Source of the DNA: Candidatus Latescibacterota bacterium
GTDB taxonomy: Bacteria; Latescibacterota; UBA2968; GCA-2709665
Direction: 5' to 3'
Length of the DNA: 64,000 nucleotides
NCBI GenBank assembly: GCA_965226795.1
Contig: CBDDDZ010000002.1
Coordinates: 416,001 to 480,000 of the forward strand
The notes under the pieces were generated by a model. It was not told where the DNA came from. It ran no database searches and was given only the letters and a program-made list of their open reading frames with translations. Made by a program: the position numbers and the translations under genes. Shown in pieces: positions 30,307 to 40,563 of the stretch (within the stretch, counting starts at the first letter, position 1; the number at the start of each line of letters is the position of its first letter).

Positions 30307-31302
30307 TCAAAATTCCCCGAGCAATTCCTGACGTTCGTCGCCTTCGCCCAGAATCAGGCTGATATCCCATTCGGATTGGCCGTTTGCCGGCACCACCCCG
30401 CAGGCTTTCAGCCCCCACGCTGTATCAAGGCGGTCAACCTGCGACGTAGAGGGCTCCAGAGCCACGTGGTGGAGGTTGTTCCAGCCGCCCTCATTTATCC
30501 ACAAGCCCAGATGCGGGAGTTTTTTTGCCGGAAACAGAAAACCGATAAACTCCCCGTTCGGGTAGACCAGCGCGCATCGGCCCTGCTCGAGGCGCGTGGA
30601 AAAAAGCTTCTCGGCCTCTTTGGTACGGCTGGATCGAATCGAAGATCGGTTATAGGCCTTGTCCAGGGTCAGGTCCGTCACTTTGGGCCAGGCATGCCGT
30701 GTCATTGGCGGCCCCAGGCGGTCTTCTGTACTCAGGTACGAAACCACATCCGTGCCGGAAGGCATCAGGATACGCGCGCGGGTTTCCGCTTTGAAAAGTG
30801 GGTGGAACGCATAGACGAACGGCATTTCAAACGGGCTCTCATTCTCGACAGTGTAGGAAAACCGAATGTAGGGTTTTTTGCCGCGCGCCAATGTCTCGAA
30901 GCGGATGTCGCGTTTAAACACATACGGAAGCCGCACGCTTCTGACCCACATCTGCAGGCGACCCGGTTCGACTTCGTACTGCCATGGAAGCGTCCAGACC
31001 TCTCCATGGTCCGGTACCGGCACCCCTTCCCACGGAAAGACAGGATACGGACACCCTTCGACGGTGGGAAAACACTCGTCGGCCCCGTCGCGTTCGTAAT
31101 TCTCGAAGCGATCCCCATAGGTCCGGCTTCGGTAAGGTATATTGGTGCGCGAAAGAAATTCCCGGCCGGTCGTCTTATTGACAAGAGAGGTTATCTTCCC
31201 ACCCAGTTCGGGTACGACAACGAGGGAGAAAAAATCGGTGTCCAGCTTTATTCCCGAGATGTCCGGCGTCAGCTTCACCTCTTCCAGCTTGAATTTAGCC
31301 AT
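30307..31302 (-). CDS. galactose mutarotase-like protein
   Basis: VVPELGGKITSL, GADECFPT, PDHGEVW..PW, YAFHPLF and ALEP. Confidence 0.7.
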   Translation of the reverse strand: MAKFKLEEVKLTPDISGIKLDTDFFSLVVVPELGGKITSLVNKTTGREFLSRTNIPYRSRTYGDRFENYERDGADECFPTVEGCPYPVFPWEGVPVPDHGEVWTLPWQYEVEPGRLQMWVRSVRLPYVFKRDIRFETLARGKKPYIRFSYTVENESPFEMPFVYAFHPLFKAETRARILMPSGTDVVSYLSTEDRLGPPMTRHAWPKVTDLTLDKAYNRSSIRSSRTKEAEKLFSTRLEQGRCALVYPNGEFIGFLFPAKKLPHLGLWINEGGWNNLHHVALEPSTSQVDRLDTAWGLKACGVVPANGQSEWDISLILGEGDERQELLGEF

Positions 31303-31407
31303 ATATTCGTATCCTTTTCTTCTGTATACGGACCGAGCGGCCGGACATTATTCTCGCGAACGCTCTATGCTGACGCATCGCGCAGCAGTACCGTTCCACG
31401 AATCCTC

Positions 31408-32391
31408 CTACGGACCTCGTTCGGGAATTCTCTGTTGAACCAAACGGGAGATTTGTGCAACACCCAGCAGATCGAAATATTCTCGATCGTCGTCTCTGTG
31501 GCGAAATGGAACGTATTCCAGCATCCGGGCCAATACGCTGTTCTGTTTGGCAACTTCCTCCGGGATGGGAATATTGAGTCGTCCCATCACGTTTTTCAAT
31601 CGCACCCTTCCTTTACGGACCCATCCACCGTCGTAAGTGATATCGAGTGATCCCTCCGCCGTGCGAATGATCGGGACCGGATGCTCGGCCATTTTCAAGT
31701 CTTGAAGTGAGGTCTGGTATACTGCAATCCTGTAGGCATTGGGACTCCCATGCGCGTCGTAACCGTCCGGATAAAGCGGTTCCTCGGCCACCATTTTTCC
31801 CAGTTTGGCGTACAGTTCCTCTGTGCCCAGCGCAGTCGCTTCCAGCCTGTAGAGCGATTCCTTGCTCTCGACGTGGAAGAACTCCGCCCTGAGATTCAGA
31901 TGCATACCCTCGAACGGAGACGACCAGCTGAAGCCGTCGAAATTGCCGATCCTGTGGCTGCGCTTTATATAGTAGTGCGCCACACACACGGCGTCCACGT
32001 TCTGCGCCCGGTCGATCACCTCTCCCAGACGCGATCCGTTCCAGCCGCCCTGGTGTCGTACTTCGTATCCCCTGGCGTGAAGCGCCGAGCGGATCGCTTC
32101 GTAAAGCCGAAGTTCGTACCTGCGCGGCATCCGAAATGGGTCCCCTTCCAACTGGCGGCTGAATCCCAACAAGACCCGCCCGGCGTACCGGAGTCCGATA
32201 TCCGGGTCCCTGTCCGACGCCAATACGATGAGACCTATCCGTTTCGGGCGATACCGCGCAAAGGCCGCCGCCGCCGAATTCGTCCCTTTGGCGAAAGACT
32301 CTTTCTTTATCTCCCCGCCCCCGGATGGCGTCGCCCCGATACACAATAGCCCGCACAAAAGCAAAAAGCGCACACACGCCTCACGTTTCAT
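31408..32391 (-). CDS. hypothetical secreted protein
   Basis: 327 aa with a signal-like N-terminus; start overlaps the upstream stop (ATGA). Confidence 0.6.
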   Translation of the reverse strand: MKREACVRFLLLCGLLCIGATPSGGGEIKKESFAKGTNSAAAAFARYRPKRIGLIVLASDRDPDIGLRYAGRVLLGFSRQLEGDPFRMPRRYELRLYEAIRSALHARGYEVRHQGGWNGSRLGEVIDRAQNVDAVCVAHYYIKRSHRIGNFDGFSWSSPFEGMHLNLRAEFFHVESKESLYRLEATALGTEELYAKLGKMVAEEPLYPDGYDAHGSPNAYRIAVYQTSLQDLKMAEHPVPIIRTAEGSLDITYDGGWVRKGRVRLKNVMGRLNIPIPEEVAKQNSVLARMLEYVPFRHRDDDREYFDLLGVAQISRLVQQRIPERGP

Positions 32392-33707
32392 TCGTTGCGA
32401 TTCAACCCGTGCAGCATTTCCAGCGTAGCGGATTTGATCATTCGTTCACAGGCCGACGTAATCATCAGCGTACCGTAATATCGGAACGCGTGGTCGACCT
32501 CGTACCCGCCCTCCGAAAATGCCTCCGCCGTCGGCACGTATCCGATGCATCCGTTGCTATACCCGAGCGTGATCGTCTTTTTGAATGGCGACACCCGATC
32601 CATTTCCAGTTGATAATCCACGAACATCTCGCCCGGGTAGGCTACCAGCGCCGCCTCTCCGATCCGCATGGCCTGAATCTCGAACGCTTCCGGCCGGGGC
32701 TGGCGGTTCTGCGCGGCCACCAGATAGTCCTCCGCCCATGCGATCTGCCCCCGGTACTGACGAATCAGATAGTCGGACGCCTCGGGGTCTTTCTCTGCCT
32801 GGCTCACGCGGGTCTTCTGCTCCTTGAGCGCACGTTCCGCCTCATCCACCGACGGGATTCTGGTGGGCAGATGTATCACCTGTCGCGCTACCCCCAGGCG
32901 ATTCGACCTCAAGGGTTCCGCGCGCCGGGCGGCGGCGACGGCAGCGGCTCCCAGCAATTCGCCCTGCTGTATCGTTGTATGCAACGTGCCGTCCATCGGC
33001 GTACAGTTGATGTCGCCGCAACATCCCTGAGCAAACATCGGTAGCCCACCGTCCAATTCGCGTCGGATAAAGCCTGCCGCATATCCCGGAAATTCCGCGC
33101 TGAACGCCAGGCCCCGCAGGTTGACGGGATGGGCCGCCGTTGTATAAAGAAGACCGAGCGTGGAACCCGAGCGACGGTCGATGCGAAGCACGTCCACCCA
33201 GGGTGCTTCGGGGCCCTGCGGATTGTGTCCGATCGTCATGCGTCCGTTACGACGGGCGCGCCTGTTATGGGCAATCCGGACCGGGGCGCGGCCAGCGCGA
33301 AGAGAAACTGTCTCCAGCCGGTCCGCCGCCATGCGGACGGCGCCCGCGACCTGCCGGCAGAGCACGTCCTCGTATGCCCCATCCCGCTGGCCCATGCTAC
33401 GAAACGACATCACCGTCGGACCGGAATGGGAGTGGGATCCGTTCAACAAAAGGCACCCGCCCGGTATACCCGTCGCGCTTTCCACCAGGTCCCGTATCCG
33501 CGTCACGAGGTCGGGCGCAAATGCGATGAGATCCGACGTGACCATAGCCAGCCGGGTCTGGTCGTCGTCAAGTACCAGAGCGCGTGCGAACAGATCGTCG
33601 TAAACCGTTTCGGCCGGTCCCTTTCTGTTACCGAAGCCACACAACGAAACGCCGATTGGCGGCGTAATATTGACCTCGGCAACGCCGGCCTTCAGTTCGC
33701 CCGTCAC
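32388..33707 (-). CDS. neutral/alkaline ceramidase-like metallohydrolase
   Basis: AGVAEVNITPP, DDLFARALVL, SHSHSGP, AHPV, QGCCGDIN, PGEMF and GYVPT..A...GGYE. Confidence 0.8.
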   Translation of the reverse strand: MTGELKAGVAEVNITPPIGVSLCGFGNRKGPAETVYDDLFARALVLDDDQTRLAMVTSDLIAFAPDLVTRIRDLVESATGIPGGCLLLNGSHSHSGPTVMSFRSMGQRDGAYEDVLCRQVAGAVRMAADRLETVSLRAGRAPVRIAHNRRARRNGRMTIGHNPQGPEAPWVDVLRIDRRSGSTLGLLYTTAAHPVNLRGLAFSAEFPGYAAGFIRRELDGGLPMFAQGCCGDINCTPMDGTLHTTIQQGELLGAAAVAAARRAEPLRSNRLGVARQVIHLPTRIPSVDEAERALKEQKTRVSQAEKDPEASDYLIRQYRGQIAWAEDYLVAAQNRQPRPEAFEIQAMRIGEAALVAYPGEMFVDYQLEMDRVSPFKKTITLGYSNGCIGYVPTAEAFSEGGYEVDHAFRYYGTLMITSACERMIKSATLEMLHGLNRNE

Positions 33708-33769
33708 AGTAATCTCCCAACCCGACGATGCAGACCGCCCATCCCGCGGTGGTCTGGTTTTTTCTCAAC

Positions 33770-34795
33770 CTAAAACTGGCCGTTCCGCGCTTCGTACTTT
33801 GTCGGCTTGCCCAGGGTCGGACCCCCGCGCATCACCCACGCGGCCACCCATTCCATCATTTCCTCGGACGACACCCGGGGCAGGCCCATGAGATCGAATA
33901 ACGCCCCCGCATTGCCCAACAGGGCCGTCTGACTCTCCTCTCCCTCGAAAACAGGCGTCCGCCCCATCAGCGCGCCCAGCTTCAGCGCAACGTCCCGGAC
34001 CTCCAGCAAATCGCACCCGGTAAGGTTGAGCACCCGCGCGGGCCTTTCACAGAGCGGAAAGCTGCGCGCAAGATAGGCGTTCGCATCGCCCTGCCAGATC
34101 TGGTTTACATATCCCATGGTCAGATCGATCGGTTGTCCGCTCCACACCCGCTGCGCGATATCCAGAAACACGCCGTAGCGCAACTCCGTTGCGTAGAACA
34201 GCCGGATGATCGCTAACGGAGTGCCGTTCCGCTCCGCGTAGTAAGCCGCCAGCCGCTCGCCCCCCAGACGGGACTGCGCATACTCTCCGATCGGGTCCAG
34301 CGGCGACAACTCCACCGAGCCGCCCGAATCCGGAGAAACAAACCGGTAGACGTTCCCCGAAGACACATAGACGATTTGGGAATCCGGAAACCGCTGCATC
34401 ACCTTGCCCGGTAGCAGCGCGTTCATTGCCCAGGTCAGTGGCGCATTCCCGGTTGAACCGAATTTGTGGCCGGCAAGCAGGATAATGTGTCCCACGTCCG
34501 GCAGACTGCGCAGCGCATTGTCGTCGATCAGGTCGCACCGTAAGGTCCGTATCCCCCTGGTTTCAAGGTAGTTCCGATCACCTGAATTGGAAAACCGGGA
34601 GACCCCGATGACGCCACTGGCCCCTGAACGCACCAGGAGTTCGCCCAGTGTCAGCCCCATTTTGCCGGCGATGCCCAGTATCATCACCTCGCCGTCGATT
34701 CTGGATAACGCATCCGTTACTTCGGGAATCGGTTCGGTCATCCGATCGACCAGCGCGGTTTCGTTCTCGATAGGTTCAATGGTAAACTTCGACAT
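33770..34795 (-). CDS. NAD-dependent epimerase/dehydratase family protein
   Basis: LGIAGKMG Rossmann motif, SSGNVY and GEYAQSRLGGE. Confidence 0.8.
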   Translation of the reverse strand: MSKFTIEPIENETALVDRMTEPIPEVTDALSRIDGEVMILGIAGKMGLTLGELLVRSGASGVIGVSRFSNSGDRNYLETRGIRTLRCDLIDDNALRSLPDVGHIILLAGHKFGSTGNAPLTWAMNALLPGKVMQRFPDSQIVYVSSGNVYRFVSPDSGGSVELSPLDPIGEYAQSRLGGERLAAYYAERNGTPLAIIRLFYATELRYGVFLDIAQRVWSGQPIDLTMGYVNQIWQGDANAYLARSFPLCERPARVLNLTGCDLLEVRDVALKLGALMGRTPVFEGEESQTALLGNAGALFDLMGLPRVSSEEMMEWVAAWVMRGGPTLGKPTKYEARNGQF

Positions 34796-35097
34796 CTTTT
34801 TCGATGCTCCCTCACTGAGAGGACACCCGTGCACACCCCGACCGACTCATCGATTGGCCACCGGCACGCTCACGGCGTTTTGCCGCCGATGCTGCCAGTC
34901 GACGGCAGCCGCAACACCCATACCTGCGATACGTAATCCTTTACTTCGGCGGCCGGGAATCCATAAGCAGACATTTTAATTAAATGTACTCTGCTATTAA
35001 GATAGCTAAATTTTCGTACGCTAGCCCACAATATAGAGTGTAAGTCCTTCTCACACAACCGAAAATTCGAGTGCGCATACCTGGGAGGCCAAAATAG

Positions 35098-35126
35098 TTG
35101 ACTTTATCCCCGCAGAAACCTACGTT
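35098..35126 (+). promoter_or_regulatory. sigma70-type promoter
   Basis: TTGACT-17 bp-TACGTT in an AT-rich divergent intergenic region. Confidence 0.45.
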
Positions 35127-35224
35127 TAAGGTCCCATTCGCCAATGCCGCCGTTCCTGGAGAGCACGGTCCGGGGCCCGGGTTATTTCAAGATCGCTCTT
35201 TCCTGTGGAGACTGTATTTCGACC

Positions 35225-36985
35225 ATGAGCTTTCTCACCCAATTCTACCGCATTCTGGAGGGAAAACGCCTTCTCATCGCCCTGACCGTGGCATGCGGGC
35301 TTCTCTTCGCCGCGGCCAACCTTCTACCGCCGTTGCTCATCAGAGAACTCATCCGCTGGCTGACGGAAGGCGCCGCCGCCGACCTGTTTCGGATCAGCCT
35401 GTTTCTTGTGGGGGTCTACCTTTTTCGGGGCGCGGCCAGATACGGTTACGGTTTCTTTTCTCATATTGCCGCCTATCGTGTGATGCACGACCTGATGGTG
35501 AAGATATATCGACACCTGCAGAACCAGCCCCATCGCTTTTTCAACACGCAGCAAACCGGCAGCCTCATCTCACGTTCAATCAACGATGTTGAAGCCCTGG
35601 AAGACTTTGTCGCTCACGGCATCCCGGAGACCGCACTGGCCGCGATTATACCCGTTTCGATGACCGTTGTACTGTTCACTCTGAACCCCGAACTCGCGCT
35701 CATCACCCTGATCCCCATTCCGCTGACAGCCCTGCTGGTCTACCGTTACGTCTCCAGAGTGCGCGCCCTCTGGGCCGCCGTGCGCGCGCACCTGGCCGAC
35801 CTGATCGCGCTTGTCCAGGACAGCTTCTCCGGCATTCCGGTGATCAAGTCCTTCGCGCAGGAACACCGGCGCGCCCGCCTTATCGAAGCCCAGAGCCTGA
35901 AATTCAGAGACAGCAGCGTAACAGCCAACCGCATCTCCCTACTACCGGCCGGGATCATCGAGGCCGCGGGGGGAATCGGCATCGTTCTGGTGATCTGGAG
36001 CGGCGGCAAAATGGCACTGGAAGGTGTCATTTCCGTTGCGGACCTCTTTGTCTTTATCGTCTACATGGGGCACATCTACCAGCCTTTTCTCCAACTCGCC
36101 TCGTTTAACGACATTCTGCAGAAAGCCGCAGCCAGCACCGACCGTGTTTTCCAGCTCCTTGCCGTCGAATCGGACATCAAAGATGCACACGACGCCCGAA
36201 CGCCGCAAGCCATGACCTGGAACATCCGTTTCCAGAACGTCACCTTCGGATACGAGCCCGAAAATCCCGTGCTTCACGGGGTCGACTTCCATGCCGACGC
36301 CGGCGAGATTATCGCCCTTGTCGGCCCCACCGGCGCCGGCAAAACCACCGTTGCCAACCTGGTCCCACGCTTTTACGATCCGCAGCGAGGCGGAGTCTTC
36401 ATTGGCGGGCACGACGTCCGCACCCTTCCGCTGGCCTACCTGCGCTCGCAGATCGCTACCGTGTTCCAGGATGTTTTCCTCTTCCACGCCACCGTGCGCG
36501 AGAACCTGCTCTTCGGCCGTCCCGACGCTACGGATCTACAGGTCCGGGCAGCGGCCCGGGCGGCCAACGCGGAAGACTTCATCCTGGATTTGCCGGAAGG
36601 CTACGACACGCTCGTCGGGGAGCGGGGCGTCCGGCTTTCCGGCGGCCAGAAGCAGCGGCTCTCCATCGCCCGCGCCGTGTTGAAAGACGCCCCCATCCTC
36701 ATCCTGGACGAAGCCACCTCCTCGGTGGACGCCGAGACCGAGATCCTCATTCAGGAAGCCATCGCCCGCCTTACGCGCCACCGCACGACCATTGTGATCG
36801 CACACCGGCTTTCCACCGTGCGCAATTCGGACAAGATTCTCGTTTGCAGCGGCGGTCGCGTTGTCGAGTCCGGCACCCACGAGAAGCTGATGGAACAGGA
36901 TGGCCTTTATGCACGCATGGTGCGTACGCAGGAGATCTCCCGTGGGTGGCGTATACCCCAGGCCCGCGAAAACGCCGCCGATTAA
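35225..36985 (+). CDS. ABC exporter, fused permease/ATPase (MsbA/MdlB-like)
   Basis: N-terminal TM domain, GPTGAGKTT, LSGGQKQR, LDEATSSVD and IAHRLST. Confidence 0.92.
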   Translation: MSFLTQFYRILEGKRLLIALTVACGLLFAAANLLPPLLIRELIRWLTEGAAADLFRISLFLVGVYLFRGAARYGYGFFSHIAAYRVMHDLMVKIYRHLQNQPHRFFNTQQTGSLISRSINDVEALEDFVAHGIPETALAAIIPVSMTVVLFTLNPELALITLIPIPLTALLVYRYVSRVRALWAAVRAHLADLIALVQDSFSGIPVIKSFAQEHRRARLIEAQSLKFRDSSVTANRISLLPAGIIEAAGGIGIVLVIWSGGKMALEGVISVADLFVFIVYMGHIYQPFLQLASFNDILQKAAASTDRVFQLLAVESDIKDAHDARTPQAMTWNIRFQNVTFGYEPENPVLHGVDFHADAGEIIALVGPTGAGKTTVANLVPRFYDPQRGGVFIGGHDVRTLPLAYLRSQIATVFQDVFLFHATVRENLLFGRPDATDLQVRAAARAANAEDFILDLPEGYDTLVGERGVRLSGGQKQRLSIARAVLKDAPILILDEATSSVDAETEILIQEAIARLTRHRTTIVIAHRLSTVRNSDKILVCSGGRVVESGTHEKLMEQDGLYARMVRTQEISRGWRIPQARENAAD

Positions 36986-37021
36986 AAACACGGGGCGATC
37001 AGTCGGATCGCCCCGTGTTTT
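36985..37021. terminator. bidirectional intrinsic terminator
   Basis: AAAACACGGGGCGATC-AGTCG-GATCGCCCCGTGTTTT between convergent genes. Confidence 0.85.
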
Positions 37022-37078
37022 GGCCGCAGCAGGTCGCTTGCAGCCTGACTCCGGTCGCCGCTGACCACAGGTTCGCAC

Positions 37079-38077
37079 TCATTTCTCCCATACCGTCACG
37101 TCGACGTATGCCGTTCCCGCTCTGTCTCCGGAGACGCGTTGCCTGTACGTGACGGTTGGGCGGAATCCCGCCTGCGAGAGCGCCGTTGCTTTCGGTTCGA
37201 AACCCGCGTCGCAATAGGCCAGGTACCGATCCGCTTCCGGTAGCGGCAATGCACCTAGCAGGTCGCACGAGCGGTCCCAGAAATCCGGATGGCAGTACAC
37301 GTCCACCACGCAGCTTCCGGGCCAAAGACGGTCGAACGACCACATCGCCAGGCCCGCTACGGCCGTCGTACCCCGCCGCCGCAACACCTTCACACGCGCC
37401 GGCTTGCCACCTGCCCGTCGCGCCACCGCGTCTCGAAGGAACGGCAACAGCGGGCTCTCGGTAGACTGCCGTCCGAAAATCCGCATGCCGGCACACCGCG
37501 TTACCCCCGGAAAATCTCCCGAAAATAGGGCCGTCGACGCAGGCCAGTCCCGCCAGTCCAGCCCCGCCACATCTGTGGGTCCTTTGGAGAAATAATCCGT
37601 CTCGAACTCTTTCTTTGAAGTCGTGTAGTAATCCATATAGCCGCTTTGCGGCTCCAACCCTTCAAATCCGTGCGCCCGATAGATGTGAAACGGATGCGAG
37701 TCATAACCGGTCCCGAGGTAAAGCGCCCGCCCGCCCCTCCCTCTGAAATGATCCATCATCAGGCGCATCAGTTCCATCGCCGCCCGCTTCCGCCTGTCCT
37801 CCGGTTTTGTATACACGTGTCCGAAAATTCCCACCCCCAGAATTTCGACCGTGGTCATATTGGCAATCGGAATCCCGTCGCGATGCAGAATATAAAAGTA
37901 GGCCTCGAGGTCCAGTCGTTCCCGCAGCACCATGCTGTTTCCCCAGCGCCAGATCCCGGCTTTGTGCTCCAGCAGCGCCTCAATGTGTTCTGCCCAGACC
38001 GGGTCCGGCCCCTTCACAACTCCAGCATCCACCGATTCGCCCGACTTGAGTCTGATCGTGCCGATGGGTTCGTACAT
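37079..38077 (-). CDS. GNAT family N-acetyltransferase (probably two GNAT-fold halves)
   Basis: GHVYTKPEDRRKRAA acetyl-CoA motif, ALYLGT and IYRAHGF. Confidence 0.75.
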   Translation of the reverse strand: MYEPIGTIRLKSGESVDAGVVKGPDPVWAEHIEALLEHKAGIWRWGNSMVLRERLDLEAYFYILHRDGIPIANMTTVEILGVGIFGHVYTKPEDRRKRAAMELMRLMMDHFRGRGGRALYLGTGYDSHPFHIYRAHGFEGLEPQSGYMDYYTTSKKEFETDYFSKGPTDVAGLDWRDWPASTALFSGDFPGVTRCAGMRIFGRQSTESPLLPFLRDAVARRAGGKPARVKVLRRRGTTAVAGLAMWSFDRLWPGSCVVDVYCHPDFWDRSCDLLGALPLPEADRYLAYCDAGFEPKATALSQAGFRPTVTYRQRVSGDRAGTAYVDVTVWEK

Positions 38078-38093
38078 AGCATTCCTCGTCGGT

Positions 38094-39241
38094 TTACTTT
38101 GCCCAGTCCGGTAACCCCGTTAACTCGATTCCCAAAGCCGACTCGCCCAGCGTATAAATGGCGCCCGCGACGATCGCGACCCCTATCAGATTCAAAATCA
38201 ACCCCACACGGGCCATATCCGTCATCCGAACGCGGTCCGTTCCGAACACGATCGCATTCGGCGGCGTGGCAACAGGCATCATAAACGCGAACGAACAGGA
38301 GAGGGTGGCAGGGATCATCAACAGAAGCGGATCCACCTGTATAGCGACACCCAGCGCCGCCAGAATGGGGAGGAACATCTCGGCCGTGGCGGTATTCGAC
38401 GTCAACTCGGTCAAAAACGTAATCATCAGGCACAGGATGCCCACCAGCAACATGGGATGGAGCGCACTGAGCCCCGCCAGGCGATGCCCGAACCACATGG
38501 ACAAACCTGAATCCTTGAACCCTGTAGCCAGGGCGAAGCCCCCACCAAAGAGCAGCACGATGTGCCACGGCAACTTCGACACCGTCTTCCGGTCCAGAAT
38601 CTTGGCAGCGGAAGCGCTCCGTGCGGGAACCAGAAAAAGCAGAAGCGCCATTCCCATGGCGACGGTCCCGTCATTCAGAAACGCACCGCCGGGAAACAGC
38701 CCCGACCACCCCGGAATCACCGCATCGCCGATCCGGATCTCGTTCCGGAAGAGCCAGAGAAGCGCCAGCAGCACGAAATCGGCACCATCATCATTGTGGT
38801 CGCCGTATTGGAGATCCACATCGACAAAAACGCCGTCGACACCATGAATCCCAGCAGTATCCGCCGCGGGCGAACACCGCACCACAGGAGCACGCGCAAT
38901 GCGATCCGCCGATGCAGATTCCAGCGCTGCATGGCAAGAGCAACCATAAAGCCGCCGATGAACAGAAAAATTACGTGGTTGAAATAGATGGGCGCGACCT
39001 TCTTGCCGTCCATGATCCCCAGCAGCGGGAACAACACTACCGGGAGCAGCGCCGTAGCCGCGAGCGGCACCGCTTCCGTCATCCACCACACGGCCATCAG
39101 CAGGGCCGCGGCAGCCGTCCTGGTCACAGCCGGCCGCCCCGGCTCCAGATCAAAGAATAAGAGTAGAAGGATCGCCAGAACGGGTCCCGCGATCAGTCCG
39201 ATTTTCTGCATCCTCGTGCCGGATGGTTCCTTCACATCCAT
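38094..39241 (-). pseudogene. SLC13/DASS sodium:dicarboxylate symporter with internal deletion and frameshift
   Basis: N-terminal half (WWMTEAVPL...SMWISNTATTMMMVPI) in one frame abuts the C-terminal half (FVLLALLWLFR...LFGGGFALA...TELTSNTAT...PVATPPNAIVF) in another frame near 38780; the central part is missing. Confidence 0.8.
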
Positions 39242-39321
39242 GTGCCCACCTCCGATCGTCTGCGATTCGCCAACCGCCCAATATATGCACGTCCCGCCTT
39301 CAGAAAAGCGTAAAATGCTCA

Positions 39322-39350
39322 TTGACAACCTGCCGGCCATATCCTACATT
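39322..39350 (+). promoter_or_regulatory. sigma70-type promoter
   Basis: TTGACA-17 bp-TACATT upstream of the Gfo/Idh/MocA pair. Confidence 0.6.
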
Positions 39351-39437
39351 TCACCCTGCTCGATTTCTTTTTTCTCGCGGTCCGGTGCCACAATAACTGT
39401 TGCGTACGCCGGGGTTACGCGAACTTGGAGGCGGTGA

Positions 39438-40511
39438 ATGAAGAACGGGAAATTCGGTTTCGGCATCATTGGCTGCGGCGTGATCGCGCCGACCCATCGC
39501 CTGGCCATTGACGCATGCGACGAGGCCGAACTGGTGGCGGTCTGCGACACCGACGAGAGTCAGATCGGGTCATTTCTTGCCGGCATAGATAGTGGCGCGG
39601 CCGGAATTCGTACCTATTCAGACTATAGAGAACTGGTTCAAGACGGAAACGTAGATATCGTCAGCGTCTGCACGCCCTCCGGTTTGCACCACGAAGGCGT
39701 GACCGCGGCCGCAGGGGCCGGAAAGCATGCGCTGTGCGAGAAGCCCCTCGAGATCGACGCCGGCCGCATGACCGAAATGACGAACGCATGTCGCGAAGCG
39801 GGGGTGAAACTCGGCTGCGTCTTCCAGAGCCGCACCAGTCCGGACATGATCAGAGCCCGTAAAGCCATTCAGGACGGCCTGCTGGGCCAGATGATTCTGG
39901 CCGACGCCTATCTCAAAGACTACCGTTCCCAGGCCTATTACAGGAGCGCGGGCTGGCGGGGCACCTGGACGCTGGACGGCGGCGGCGCCCTCATGAACCA
40001 GGGCGTACACGGCGTGGACCTTCTCCTCTGGCTTATGGGCAGCCCCGTCGAATCCGTATTCGGGCGCGTCGAACATAAAGTGCGCGACATCGAAGTGGAA
40101 GACACGGCCGTGGCCAATCTGAAATTCAAAAACGGCGCGTTCGGCGCGCTCATCGGCACCACCTCGTGCAACCCAGGCGAAGCCCGTCGCATCGAGATGC
40201 ACGGAGACCGCGGCACCATCACGGTAAGCGGGAGTTCGATCTCCCGCTGGGCGAACACGCTCGAAGAAGACGGACGCGCCGAAGACGGCGAGCCGCCAAG
40301 AGAAATCGAAATCCAGGGCGCGGTGGCCGATCCCAAGGCCATCGGTAGCTCTGGCCACGTCTTCCTGGTGGATGACCTCATCCGCGCTATTAAGGAAGAC
40401 CGTGACCCTTACGTGACCGGCGAATCCGCCCGGGGTGCCGTAGACCTGATTCTGGCAATCTACGAATCCGCCCGATCGGGAAGGGAAGTCGAGGTTCGCC
40501 AGGCGGGCTGA
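39438..40511 (+). CDS. Gfo/Idh/MocA family oxidoreductase
   Basis: GIIGCGVIA, CTPSGLH, CEKP and GGGALMNQGVH. Confidence 0.9.
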   Translation: MKNGKFGFGIIGCGVIAPTHRLAIDACDEAELVAVCDTDESQIGSFLAGIDSGAAGIRTYSDYRELVQDGNVDIVSVCTPSGLHHEGVTAAAGAGKHALCEKPLEIDAGRMTEMTNACREAGVKLGCVFQSRTSPDMIRARKAIQDGLLGQMILADAYLKDYRSQAYYRSAGWRGTWTLDGGGALMNQGVHGVDLLLWLMGSPVESVFGRVEHKVRDIEVEDTAVANLKFKNGAFGALIGTTSCNPGEARRIEMHGDRGTITVSGSSISRWANTLEEDGRAEDGEPPREIEIQGAVADPKAIGSSGHVFLVDDLIRAIKEDRDPYVTGESARGAVDLILAIYESARSGREVEVRQAG

Positions 40512-40563
40512 ACCCATCCGATCCAGGCGCGGCATGCCGCGCTCCAACCCCCGAAAAGGAACC

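Noticed and set aside
29158..31650. 830-aa plus-strand ORF
   Set aside because: Lies antisense across three minus-strand genes, two with clear family motifs; no recognisable domain.
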